Translations under genes and position numbers: made by a program
The notes under the pieces: generated by a model
What the model was told of the DNA's origin: nothing
The model's database searches: none
Seen by the model: the letters and a program-made list of their open reading frames with translations, nothing else
Part shown: in pieces, positions 30,969 to 45,434 of the stretch
Layout: each line of letters opens with the position of its first letter
Numbering within the stretch: position 1 is the first letter of the stretch
Assembly (NCBI RefSeq): GCF_009914755.1
Contig: NC_060926.1
Length of the DNA: 64,000 nucleotides
From: the human T2T-CHM13v2.0 reference genome, Homo sapiens
Strand: one strand, 5' to 3'

Positions 30969-31139
30969 TGAAAATATGTTCTTAATAGACTGGCCACCCG
31001 TGGATCTTCCAGCCAAACTGCATCTGGTGATGCATCAAAAATCCAGCAGTCTTCCTTTATTTTGCCCTGTCTCTGACCCCTTTAGTACAAATGGCAGCAG
31101 TTATACTCAGGTGGTTGAATCCATGAGCCACACCCATAA

Positions 31140-31680
31140 TCCTTTATAGCAAATGACTTTTCAGCCATACCCTTGATTTCTTCTTCAGAACCTATTTTCT
31201 ACTTATTTTTCAACATGGCGAGGCTGAGAATTTTCCAAATCTTCAATTTCGCTTAACAATTCCTTCAATTTATCTTTCCCCTCTCACTGTTTACTATCAG
31301 CAGCAAGGAGAAACCAGGCCATGACTTCAACATTTCGCATAGTCTCTGCTAAATGTAAGATTAATCGCTTGCAGTTTCTACCTTCCACAAAACACTAGAC
31401 AGAACAGAGTTCAGTGGAGCTCTTTGTCACCTTATAACAAAGATCACCTTTCCTCTAGTTTCCAAAAACATGTGCCTCCTTTCTATCTGAGACCTCACCA
31501 GAAATAACGTTAACATCCATGTTTCTACCAATAATCTCTTCAAAGTAATTGAGGCCTTTTTTTTTTTTTTCACGTGTCCCTCAACATTCTGCCATCTTCT
31601 ACCCATTACCCAACTCCAAAGCCACAGTCACCTTTTTAGGTATTTGTTACAGCAGCACCACAATTCTGGTATCGAAATAT
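31140..31680 (-). mobile_element. MaLR (MLT1-type) internal sequence
   Basis: 'tctgagacctcacc', 'ttacccaactccaaagccac...aggtatttgttacagcagcaccacaattctggta' typical of MaLR-int next to an LTR. Confidence 0.7.
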
Positions 31681-32428
<748 letters not shown>

Positions 32429-32447
32429 TGACAAAAAAAAAATTGTC

Positions 32448-32453
<6 letters not shown>

Positions 32454-32488
<35 letters not shown>
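32454..32488. repeat. (TG)n microsatellite
   Basis: Direct reading. Confidence 0.95.
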
Positions 32489-32493
<5 letters not shown>

Positions 32494-34689
32494 ATTTTCC
32501 CACTGAAATTTAATTTATTTAGTTTGAGATGTTAAGTCCAATTCAATCAATATTTACTATATCTATGTGCCACACACAGGGATACCTGAGTTGAGATTAA
32601 TGAGATAATAAGAGTTAACTAGAAAAAAAGGAAGAAGACACATTTGGGTTCAGTGAGCTATTTGACCCACAGACACCTAGGTGTGGAATGGTGCTGTGTT
32701 ATGCAGTGAGTATATGTGTGTGTGTGCCTGTGTTCATGTTAATAGAATAGTAGTAGTGGGGCAGGTAGGGTAATTACATTTCTTTATTTTGAGCATGAAA
32801 TCTATTGTGGATATTGCTGAGAAGTAATGCTGGGGATGTAAGTTTACAAAAAAAACCCTTAAATTCAATGTAAATAATAGTCTAACACTAGGGAAAAAAT
32901 CTTAGCAGGTAGGAAGGCTTGGTCAACTTACTATTGAGCTCAATAATTCTTCACAGTAGTAGTGATTTCTATAGCTTACAATAAAACGTATTTAATAGTA
33001 CAAACACTGTCAAAATAACACATTAGATTTTTTTAAAAAAACATTGTTTTAATATTATTCAATGTATCTACTTTAATAAATGTAAAAATGTCCCCCAAAT
33101 AAATGCAAAAAAATCTAGTTTTTGTTCTTTTTCCTAGGCTTCTGTTGGCATTTTCTGTTTATTCCACACATAGTTATAAGTAAAAATGGCCATCAAGAGA
33201 CAAAAGTGAATCCTTTCAAGGAACAAATTTATTCCTTAAATTGAAGGCTACAGTAATAACATTTCTATGTGGAAAAAACTGTCACCTTCATAGATCTGGA
33301 TACTATATAGATAGTCCAAAAGTGCATAAGTTTTGCACAGTTCAAATAGTTTTTCACTCTATGAAGAAAATAAAAATATATTACCAACAAAAATAAAGCA
33401 AGCACTATACTGTATCTCTGAAAGCAATGTCTGTTTCCTGTAAATGTTTTTAGATGAAATAGTACATACTTACTTTTCATTAACAATACATGACCACTGC
33501 CAATTGAGATCCGTGACTAAAAACTATTTCCAAAAGTCTCCTCTGGTGAGGAGAATTGACCACTAGAAAGATATTCTGAGGGTTTCATGTTCCCTTAGCT
33601 GGACTTTTTTATTGTCCAGGGATCATTGACACTTTATTTTTAATTTTACTTATAGTCATTTACATTTTAGTACCATGTGATTTATAAATATCCTAGGTAA
33701 AACAAGGATAATCTTACATATTCTGGAAACTTCAAATCTGAGGAACATGACTGTGAAATCCTCCTGAACCATCTCTCTCTCCTTCCCAGGCCCTAATAGC
33801 AGGCCTTGAATAGTGCAAAATAGTCTTCTTAAATACATTAGTCTTTCTTGTCATAAAAATATTTTCCTCTAGATCCTACTTACTGTTTTTTTTTGTTTAA
33901 TTCATAACCAAGTTTTCAGAAAAGAATCTACATTTTTCTCTACTTCTTCTCCTTTTGATTAATTAACTGTAGTCTGGTTTCTATCTCTATAGTGCTTCCA
34001 AAACATCTTTCACAATGGCCACCTAACTGAGAAATCCAATAAACCACTTATAACACTTGTCCTCTTTGAACTGTCTGGAGTTGATACTCATTGGCACTCT
34101 ACTCCTTTGATTTGTAGGAATCTACTCTTCAGTAAATCTCCCTCAACTTCTAAATCTTCTCATTTACTTTTGTTGATTCCTGCTTGAGATAGTACCCAAA
34201 TAGTGGTATTTCTGAGGGTTCCAACCTTCATTTCCTAATCCTCTTTCTATAAACCCACTCTTGTGTCATGGTATAAAATGTACCTAATAAACTGTCCCCA
34301 ATATATCTCTTTAGCCTTCTCTTCTCCTGTTGTGCATATAACCTTTTTCTATTCTCAGCTACCTTGGCCTTTTATTTTTAGACCTATTCTCCTTTGATTG
34401 TGCTGTACCCTCTTTTGAAAAAAGATGTTCAACCCTTTCTTTCCTATAAAACTACAATATGTTTTCTAAAAATACTGTGAACATGTCTCTTCACGTATAA
34501 AGCCTCCCACTCTCCCACAGGAATCATTCATTGATCTCTATTTAATTGTTTTCCCAGAGCACTTTGGTTGTATTTCTATTATAATAATTAGCAAATGATA
34601 TTTTAATTTTCTAAAAGCCATTCATCTTCCTAAAATGAATTTTAAGTTCCTCTAAAGTAAAAACTCTTGAGGTTGTTACAGCATAAAGA

Positions 34690-34935
34690 CTGCAATGCAG
34701 TGTAAGAGTTATAACCAGGGTATGCACTTTAGAATTGAACAGGACTGGTCTGAGTCTCAGACATCCACCCCTTCCTAGTGTGTGACCTTAATGTTGTAAT
34801 CTATGAAAAGGGAATAACAATTAGATAATAATACTACTTATGTGTAACAGTCTAACTTCACACATAAAATATGTGAAGGGTTTAACACAGTAAGTGGTAC
34901 AGAGTATTTATTAGGTCAGTTTTAGCTGCTATTAA
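34690..34935 (+). mobile_element. MIR element
   Basis: 'cttcctagtgtgtgaccttaa...tctatgaaaagggaataac...tatgtgaagggtttaacacagtaagtggtacagagta'. Confidence 0.6.
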
Positions 34936-35066
34936 TTAATTGTCTTCAAAAATTTATAGAGACTCAGATTATTACTAAATATTTAGTAAAGGAATTGATG
35001 AATAAACAATAACAGCGTAATTCTTCCTTGCTTCTTATATGGTTTAACTGGGTGAGGAATGCAGTA

Positions 35067-35456
35067 TAGTCATCTTCAGTATCTGTGGGGAACTGGTTCC
35101 AAGACTTTCCTAGGATACCAAAATCCTTAGATGCTCAAGTCCCAGATAAAAAATATGGCATTGTGTTTGCATATAAGCTATGCACACCCTCCCCTATATT
35201 TTTAAATCATCTCCAGATTATTTATAATACCTAACACAATGTAAATGCTATGTAAATAGTTGTTTTACTGTATTGTTTAGAGAATAACGACTTGGGAAAA
35301 GTCTGTACAGAAAAATTGTGTCCGTGCTGAGCCTGTACAAACTTGAGAAAAGTCTGTACGGGGTCAGCACAGACACAATTTTTATTTCCAAATACTTCTG
35401 ATTTGCACTTGGTTGAACCCACGAATGTGGAGTGTGGGGATATAGAGGGCTGATTG
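35067..35456 (+). mobile_element. MER2 (TcMar-Tigger) DNA transposon, TA-flanked
   Basis: 'ggataccaaaatccttagatgctcaagtccc...aaatcatctccagatta...aatgtaaatgctatgtaaatagttgtt'; degenerate TIRs with TA on both sides. Confidence 0.88.
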
Positions 35457-36838
35457 TATACACATTATGCCCACTATCAAAATAGATTTTAAGGCATAGA
35501 AGACCAAGGTACACACATTTCTAAAGAGCCAAATACAAACAGAGATAGAGACATAAGTACACAAAAGTAGGAGAGGTTGCTCTAAACTACCACAATTAAC
35601 ATATTTTTTCCTGGTTGTGTTTATCAGATAGGCCAATTATCATTTTTAAATTGTATGATTTTGATGATACTTGGTAAGAGCAAAAAGTGGAAAAAAAAAT
35701 CAACGTGGGCTGCTACACCCATGAGAGATTTTTATTCTGGTAATACAGGTACATTCTCTGCACAGGGAGTCCTCCTGAGACCTATTTATGGGTGGGAAAG
35801 GTGGGCCTGAAATGGATATATTTTGCCCAGAATTAGTGAGACAGGGGCAGGACAAATGAAGACTGGGATTCAGGAGAAGCCTTACTGGTGTTCTAAAATA
35901 GAAATAAAATAGGTACCTGAATCCATTTTTGGTCAAGGAGAACCTTAGGTATACTAACTCTGAAATGTTAATGAATCTATTGTTCTCTTCATTCTTTTCT
36001 CTGGTTGCAATGCCCAAGTTCAAGCCCTCATCACTTGTTACTTGAAGTGTGGTCAAACCTTTTGATGTAGAGTCCCTGTAGGTGATCTGCAAGACTTTCC
36101 TTTACATGCCAACAAGTATCACCTTCACAACAAAACTCCTTCAGCTCAAGCCTCTGCCTCAAGTCTCAGCAACTCATTATGAATAAAATAGTAGCATTTT
36201 GGTAATAAAATATCTGAATTTTAATACAACTGTGCTTTAAAACCACTATTAGGCACTTTGAGATTACCAGAAGTTATCAGATTCCAATCAGGGCTACTCA
36301 TTATGACACTGGTTATTAAGGAGTATATGCCAGATGTGATCGATCTCTAAAGCTCAAATGCACAATGCAAAAATAATTTCCATTGTCATGAACATTGACA
36401 GTTACCCTAAAGGTGATCCTGGAAATTTCTCAGAGGAGATATGAGTTTACTATTGCATATATGTTCAAAACACCACAAACTGAATCAAGAAAGAATGACT
36501 TAAACTATTAAGAAATAAAATTTCTGGAAATTTTTCAGACTGTAAAAAAGGTCTTACTCTAAGACCTTTCATCTATAAAGAGGTCTTACTGATGAAGGTA
36601 GGGCAGTTCTCGGTAAAATTTTGGGAAACAAAATAGAGCGCTTCATCTGTGCTTGAAATCAAAAGTCAGTTACTAAATAAAAATTATTCCAAATATAGCA
36701 TATGGAAGTACTCTTAAAACACCTGCTTCTGTACTTCTCTAATTAAAAGCTACTATTTTCTAGCAAATGTATTTTTATTAGACAGTTCCACAAGCTTTTT
36801 CATTTTCTCTGTTATATTTCTGGACACTCTAGCAGTCT

Positions 36839-37000
36839 GTGGTGCACACACTTGTTGGTGAGTGAAGCAAAGGTTAAGTGTGTATGACACAGATGAGCCC
36901 CGAGATTAAGTATACTCTGTGAAATGCATGTGGATGTTCATGATTTAAACCAATGAACTGTGGCCTGAAATGATGTCACACGAAGCGCAGCGATAAGTGG
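36839..37000 (-). promoter_or_regulatory. YCAY cluster (candidate NOVA splicing enhancer) downstream of the cassette exon
   Basis: 12 YCAY tetramers on the transcribed strand (plus-strand RTGR) within 162 nt, starting 15 nt after the donor. Confidence 0.55.
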
Positions 37001-37013
37001 AAGTTTAAACCTA

Positions 37014-37220
<207 letters not shown>

Positions 37221-37987
37221 TCAAACGAAAAGGTTCCCAGATATGCGCACTTCTCTCTCAAACACACTCATCACATGCTACTCTGACAAGGTCGGGAGCA
37301 GGATGCAGATGTGGGTTATATGTGGGCATCATCCTTTTGGTCAAACAGTGATGAAACTCACAACAGTGACCATGTAATCTGAATAATTTTATTTCAAATT
37401 GTCCACTCTGGACAATCAGATCATGGAGGGGGGAAAATACTAAATTCCAGATTTTCTCAGGAGTACTGTGAATATACCCAATACGTTTCCTAGGTGTTGA
37501 GAAACTCAGACACTCAAGTTATTCTAAAGGAGCCAGGGGCTTAATAGGTTTACATAATAAAACAGTCTAAGTCTCATACAAACATCAACTAGCATTATAC
37601 ATATGAAAGAATATTACAAGTTCTTGTGAAAAAAAATGGCCATAAGTACCAAAGTATTCATAAAAGATGATTATCTCTGGGCTTCACATATCAGAATCAG
37701 GTCAATAAAATTATAACAATTTTCTCTGGCATTTGCAAGTTCAAAGGTCTATGCATGTCTGAAATGGTACGATGCTGAGAACAGAATGAGCTCTTCCTCA
37801 TGAAATCATTAGCAATTTGATGAAAGGAGATTCTGCAGCACATGAGCTGATGAGGGACAATACTTGATCAGAGATGTCCATGAAACACTCATTTAAAATT
37901 ACCCCAGAAAAGGAGAATAATAGAACAGGGATTTCATGTACATACAAAGGCTTATTATAAGATGCCCATGACTTGATTAAATACTCA

Positions 37988-38122
<135 letters not shown>

Positions 38123-40002
38123 TCATTGTTATTGGCAACATTATTGCTGAAAGCTGACATAAACTCTCTGTGGATGAGAATATTCATCATATAGGAGAGA
38201 TGGAGTGGCTGGTTAAAAGGAAGTTTTCAGGAAGTCTGACTCACTAGAGGCAGTTTAATTTATGTCAGAATGATGTCATAAAATTTTTCTTCTGATAATT
38301 CTCAAATTTTCAACCAGTTCATTTAATATAAACATTTTATACAGCTAGATATATGTGTGAAAAAATATACTCTAATATCTATCATTTACACTTCTGGGAG
38401 ACATTAGCATCAGTATCTTGTTCCTTTTTCATGTAAGTAGGGTTTGGTGACATCTGTGTGAATGATAAACCACATGATCAAGTACTCTGGAAAAACGTGC
38501 TTTAGCTTTTCTTCTAAAGTGGAAAATCTGTTTCAAAGAATGCTAAGACTTTTAGACCCCACATTTCATAAGAAAGTGGAGGGTTATCCTGTAGCCACTT
38601 TTATCCCACTGTTTCTCTTTGAGTATGTACTGTAACTAATGTCAAACTATTTTTATTCTAACATAAAAAAATCATGGAGTAGTTCATAAAAAAACAGTTA
38701 TGTTATAGGAACAATGTGCAATATGGCAACAAAGTAATGAGACAGGCTTTCTTGAAAAACTTACCAAATGTTTCTAAGTTAAAGTCGCATCACAGGTTAG
38801 GGACAAGAATAAATAGCTACTGCTACACTGTAAAAATAAACATAACAATACTGGGAAAAACGCAGACATTTTTTACTTGCCATGTTACATTTTTTTAAAT
38901 AAACAAATAATTAGATTGGACAGTGAAAACTGTTGAGTGAATGCAGAAATGTGCATCAACATTTCAAATTATCCTGGGACCTACTCTGTGGGTCAAAACC
39001 AGAATTAACAACAGATCATGCTGGCAATTCTGATCATGTGGTCACACCAGTATTAGCTGCTATGAAACAATCAATGGTATCACAGTGCATCTGGACATAA
39101 CCTTGACAAAAAAATCAGGCTACAATATCGATTGATCACTTTGATCCTCCCCATGATGGATATCTATTGCAGTACATCTGTCATAGGGTGATTCCTAATG
39201 ATAGGTGAGATGCCTAAAAATAATCGGTTGACATGTAGTTCATTTATTCTGTGCATGTTTATTTGACCTCATGTGGGTTGTGTAGCTACTGGAAATGCCC
39301 TCAACTGCTTTTAACATTAATTGGTGTTTAATTTGAAGATGTTTCTGAAAAGCTTAGTTTGTGAAATCACATTTCTTTTCAAGGTAAACAGGAGCAGTGA
39401 GCAGTGTAACTATGTACAAGATGTGAAATAAAGATACAGGTAAACAGAACAAGACATAGAGAAGGGGTGGGTGGTCTCAAGTTTGTACAGAGACTATCCC
39501 ATCCTTTATAACCTATAGAGGCACCCTAATATGGATGCAGTGAATTAATTAGCAATCAGTGGTATTGGTGTCTAATAGACTAAGTGCATCTGAGGGACTT
39601 TTACTTGTCCTCCATGCCCAGCCTCTTTGAAAATAATAAAGTCAAAAAATTATAGTTTCTTGTTTTATCAAAGGAACAGCCTCAAAAGGGAAAATTAGCT
39701 CATTATACATTAAATGATTTTCTACAAAAAAAAGATAACTGTTTATCAAATCTCATCATCTAAAAGACAAAAAAACCTGATTGCTTTTAAACCTGTGTTT
39801 CCAATGGATACAAAAGATGTTGCCTCTTTTTCCCTCTAAAGTTTGTGTTTGAATCCTAAGTTGAAGACAGAAATTTGTAGACATTTTAAATGTGAAATAC
39901 AAATAGTTAAAATCATTACAATACATCAAAGAGTGCAGCTCATATTTTAAAGTAAATTTTCATAATTTTCTTTTTTAGAGGCATTCAGCGTATGTGCACA
40001 CA

Positions 40003-40006
<4 letters not shown>

Positions 40007-40044
<38 letters not shown>
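40007..40044. repeat. (CA)n microsatellite
   Basis: Direct reading. Confidence 0.95.
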
Positions 40045-40047
<3 letters not shown>

Positions 40048-42186
40048 TATGTGATGTATCACTTTCCAAAAGTTAATTACTAGTTATTCAGTCCATACAA
40101 ATAGTTCCCATGACAATGGTCATCAAAAAGACATAATTTAGGTTATTCAAGATTATGATCAAGTCTTTCTTCACCAGTATTCACTTTGATTTCCAGAAAA
40201 GAGAAAAATATGCAATTGGCTCTGTTTTAAAGATTATACTCACTGTACTTGATAGAGTACCTGTTCTACTTAACAGTTCATAGGCTGTGTATTAGAAACA
40301 CAACTGCCTATTTGTAATAACAAATATACTTGATGGCTTGAATTTTCCTAATTAAGTAAAAATGATTAACTTTATTGCAATTTTGTTTTACTATCTGTTC
40401 TTTACCTATAAAACAGAAATTCTAACATCACTAACTTCATTTTAATGCTAATGTGAAAAGTATCATAGAAATAAAAATGAACTTTAATCATCTAACATGT
40501 TTCAGAAAATCCAAAGAATTATGTTTGTATTGTCATGTTCAAGTGTTATAGCCTATTTAATAAATCAAGTATTATATTCCTAGTTTAAAAGTTCCACTAT
40601 CTCCTCATTGTTAGTAATTGTTATTTATCCATTTTTATATATACATTTCCAAAAAGATCATTTAAAAAACACAAACTCTTATGTTGCACCTCAATAGCCT
40701 GCTCATTGTGAGAATCTGGTGTTTCTGTTTTGGAGAAGGGACTTTTGACTGTATAGCAAGCGATACTGAGGGACCCTGATCCCTGCCCTTTCTTCCTTAC
40801 ATAAAGGGAAGAGGGTCTGCATCTCCACATGAGCTTTTCCAAGGTAAAATGGGTAGGAAACTTTGGCTCACACCATTTCTCAGATGTGATCTCGGATTAC
40901 CCCAGAGATCTCAGCCCATGATCTCTGGGGTAAGTGGAATGGAGTTGTAAAGAAGATTCCACAGCTTATCCTGATATGGTGCACAAGACATAGAGAACAA
41001 TGTACGCTCACTAATTGAAATACAGTTCTGTCATGCTACAGTTTCATCACAAAGAACAAATGAGCTTTATGAGGAAACATGATTTGGATAGTTTATATGA
41101 ACGCATGTTTCACTTTTATGTACTTATCAAAGGCACATAGTTATATATCAGTCATATTTTCAATTACTTTACTAAAAAATGTACTTTCAAATATCCCAAT
41201 TTTGCAGGTTTGCGTAAATGTCATTCATAATGATAATACAAATCATATTTAAATTCTAAAATGAGAGTAAATAAAAAAATGTTGATGCTCTTTGCAATCA
41301 AATTTTATTGGGCCTTGTTTGGCAGAGCAACATAACTCATTCGGCACCCTTGGTGAGCTCTCAGCGGAAGCTGTGACATGGACACTTTATGGCATGCTTT
41401 CCTGTCTCATATTCTTATTTATTATACTCCCAAGCAAGGCAAGTGATAGAGTCCAGTTCTTTATAAGCCCTTCCTTTAAAAAGCTATTAAAAGAGGTCTG
41501 GAGTGAGGATTGATCTCTAACCTCAGTGGCATAAACTGGTTTCACGATAGAAACTGAATGGCACAACCCTTTAGCCGCAATGTTCTGTTTTCCATTCACT
41601 TAATCTTAAAGCCAAAGAGCAAAAGGCAGTGCAATGAAAGTCAAACTCGAAGATTTTTGTTTTACTTATTTCCCAGAACACATTATTCCTTCTGTTTGCT
41701 TTGATCATAATGTTCAAAGTCAGATTAAGAAAAAAGGATTAATGTGTGTTTTCATTAGACAGGTCTTTTGCTCCTCCTTCAACAAATCAATTTGCAACAG
41801 AAAAGCAAACCTACTTATTGTCAATAACAATGATGAAACAATTAACAGCCTGAGCTAATCTAATTGAATAATATTACATGTAGTTTTTGAAAGTATGCTG
41901 AATGCCAGCATTTCTTGCTTACTCAGGAATATTTGGTATAGGGAATGATATGACCGTCTTATTACATAATGGATTTTCATAATTTCTAGATATTCACAAT
42001 AGATGTTGAATAAGTTCAGGTCAAATTAAAGTGAACTAGACTTACTCTCTAATCATAAAAACTGCAATGGGCACAATACGGAATTTTAGAATAAAAACAA
42101 TCTACAAAGTTTTTACTATTTATTACTGAACTGCAATGTCCATTGGTGTCCAAATGCTTTTATAAATTAAGCTGGGTGTCCACTTA

Positions 42187-42399
<213 letters not shown>

Positions 42400-42782
42400 T
42401 TACAGGACATTTTTCTTCAGTCATAATTAAGGTGACCCTTTCATTTATTACTTAAAAATAATAGGTAGATTAATTTACAAAAGCAGCTTATAATTACACA
42501 TGAAGTAGAATTCTTTAATAATGCTATTGATTCTCCTCTTTGAATTAGGCATCATTTTCCTCTGGCTAAGAGAAGAGAGCTTATATTGCTATAATGCTAG
42601 GTGACAAACTCTTTTGGTTCTGAATATTAAAGCTTAAGTTAACAAGTTCCCTTAGCTTTCTTTCTAATGAACAACGTAAGTATAGTTTGAAATGAACAGA
42701 AATGCTTAACATTTCTTTGGATGTCATTTATTGTTGCCTCCTTCACACCTCTTTTCATCTAGAGAACAGAGTAATGTTTGGT

Positions 42783-43258
42783 TGTTGGACGCCGAAAGAA
42801 TGAGGGTCGTGATTACATCGGTATAGCACTGGAGGCTATATGAGTAAGCCACAAACTTTCTCATTAATGCAGAACGTTGTCAAACCAACAAACTGTGTAT
42901 GCCACCCAGAAGGACTGCTGAGAGCAGTCAATGATCCAGGCACAAATGTTTCTTATGATTAGGTATAATTGAAGCCTGTCAGTAACAATACAAACCTGTG
43001 ATCAATTAAGCAGTCTACCTGCTCTTGTTACCCAATAAATAGGAAGGGCTGTAGAAGCTCGGCAGTTGCCTTTGCTCACTAGAAGCAGAGAGCTCTCTTC
43101 TTCTTCCCCTGGCCCTTTCCTTAAAGCAGTTTCTTTTGTCTTAAGTTTTCATTTCTAAGTTTGTCCCTTCATTCAGTCTTGTAATGACGGTCTTAATCAC
43201 TAACAGTAGTAACTGCTGTAATGACGGTCTCAAGTAGTCAAAGTGGCAGTCAGCCACA
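42783..43258 (+). mobile_element. ERV LTR (tentatively LTR18-like)
   Basis: TG...CA termini, internal AATAAA (about 43034), higher GC and CpG than flanks; family recalled from 'gaaagaatgagggtcgtga...actggaggctatatgag'. Confidence 0.7.
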
Positions 43259-44559
43259 TGTGGTGAGCAGAGGACTCATACCCCTGCACCAGACTTTAGT
43301 GTTGTGGAAAGAAGCTTCCCTGTACACGCAGCAGAACAAACCCAGGTATTTTCTGCATGCCTGAGCAGGTGAGCAAACAACGAGTTATGCCTCTCATGGA
43401 ACTCGGAGAGGAAAGCAAACTGGGAGACTAACTGATCCATCATTCATGGGGAATAATAACAGAAATCTAGGCTATTATCCTTTTCTAAGGTAAGAGACTA
43501 ATCTTCCCATCAGTCACGAAACTCCCTGTAATCTGAACCTATTGTTTTGAAGGCCATTTCTCATTGAGCGTCACAGACGATTTTCTCAACTAGGAAGGAA
43601 CACTTCACCCAAATATTTCTATACCCCTTGAACATGCATAATGAAACAAAGACTATTTAATAATATAACAACCACTCTAACAATAGAATTAGACATTCTG
43701 CTTCTGTCTTTTGAAAAGCAATCATGTCTGTTTTTATATATGAATATATTATAATTTATCACACTTAAATATTGAAATTAATAATATAAATGATCCTATG
43801 CAAAATAATTGATTAAATTGATTCCAGACTTTGTGTTTAGAAAATGCAGTTTCCTTTTACCTATTTAATTGTGAAGCAATATTAAATGAGATTAGCTGAG
43901 ATAAAAATCACAATTTATAAACTTCATCCTGCTATATTGACAATTATAATGGGTAAGAAAAATTAAAACATAATTTATAATTCTCATGTTTATGTTTATC
44001 TAGCCCTTTATTAAATCAGACAAATTAAATTTATTGACAGACTTGCTTCATATTTATGGAAATTTATTTCAAGCATTCCCATGCTTGCTGTTGCACTGTG
44101 CCAGGTACCTTCATTGAGATTTAGGGTTGAAGCCTATTAATACGGGTTTTGGCTATATTTAAGACATATAGCACTTTCAAAAGGTAAGAGAGTTGGAGAT
44201 CTGAAATTTAACATAGTGTTAGTAGCCATACATTATGGTTTCTGTAGTTGTTCTAGGCTTGGAGGGTATATATACACAACACAAATGCTGTTTTTATTTA
44301 TGAAGAGTATATCAACAGCAGTCTATGTGATCATCCAGGACAGCCTCCCATTCAATGCAGAAACCTCTGAAGAACAACCTTCTTTAGGCAGGTTGCAAGA
44401 TACCTCTAACTCATAAAAAGCTCTTTTAATATTGTCCCCAACTGCTTTAAAATTTCATCCACTGGGGCTGATTAGCTGTCTGATGAGACATAGAAGTCTA
44501 GTGATGTTTCTTTGCAACATTTTTTTACTATGTCATTATTCAAAGGTTGCCATGGTGGA

Positions 44560-44715
44560 TATAATTAATTATAGAATCATATAGGGAACTTATTTGCAGA
44601 TGAAAATTCCAGTGCCGTTCCCTGCCACCCACTCCTAGATTATAATTCATAGGTCTGAAATGGGGCCCAGGTAGTTCCCATGGGAACTAGAAAATGTAAG
44701 AAATGATGATCTGGA
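44560..44715. mobile_element. MER5-like fragment
   Basis: 'tagaatcatatagggaactta...aattcataggtctgaaatggggcccagg'. Confidence 0.5.
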
Positions 44716-45074
44716 GAGAATTTTACTAGTTGGCAAAGAGACTACATTGTCTAATACTTGTAAATAGATTTGATTTGACCAAAATAGCTTATTTATTAAC
44801 TAACATTGAAAACCAAAATTAAAATGTAATTTTTCATGTAAAATTTTGAAGCGCTTTTTTTTTTTATAACTATACCCCTGAAAAGACCCAAATAACTAGA
44901 AAAAAATGGATTAATATTCTGGAGGTTGATGAATGTCCAGGACCACACTCTAGCAAAGAGTAGTTTGCATTTAACTTAAAGTACTAAAGGTCAAAGTTAA
45001 AAACTTATCTGCAGTATGCTAATTATAAGTAATTTTGTGCATAAATTAAATCTTAGATTAAGATTAAAAAGATG

Positions 45075-45414
45075 GGCTGGGTGCGGTAGCTCACACCTGT
45101 AATTCCAGCACTTTGGGAGGCTGAGGTGGGTGGATCATCTGAGGTCAGGAGTTCGAGACCAGCCTAGCAAATATGGTGAAACCCCCTCTCTACTAAAAAT
45201 ACAAAAAATTAGCTGGATGTGGTGGTGGGCACCTGTAATGCCAGCTGTTCAGGAAGCTGAGGCAGGAGAATCGCTTGAACCCAGGAGGCAGAGGTTTCAG
45301 TGAGCCAAGATTGTGACATTGGAGTCACGTGACATTGGAGTGTAAACTCCAGCCTGGGCAACAAGAGTGAAACTCTATCTCTAAATAAATAAATAAATAA
45401 TAAAAAATAAAATG
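45075..45414 (+). mobile_element. AluSq-like element with (TAAA)n tail, TSD aaaagatg
   Basis: Full Alu, 'ggcaacaagagtgaaactc' diagnostic; TSD 45067-45074 and 45415-45422. Confidence 0.93.
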
Positions 45415-45434
45415 AAAAGATGAGTGCCTGTACA

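Noticed and set aside
40244-40260. Possible 17-nt microexon with a strong gtgagt donor
   Set aside because: Purine-rich acceptor and a length not divisible by three
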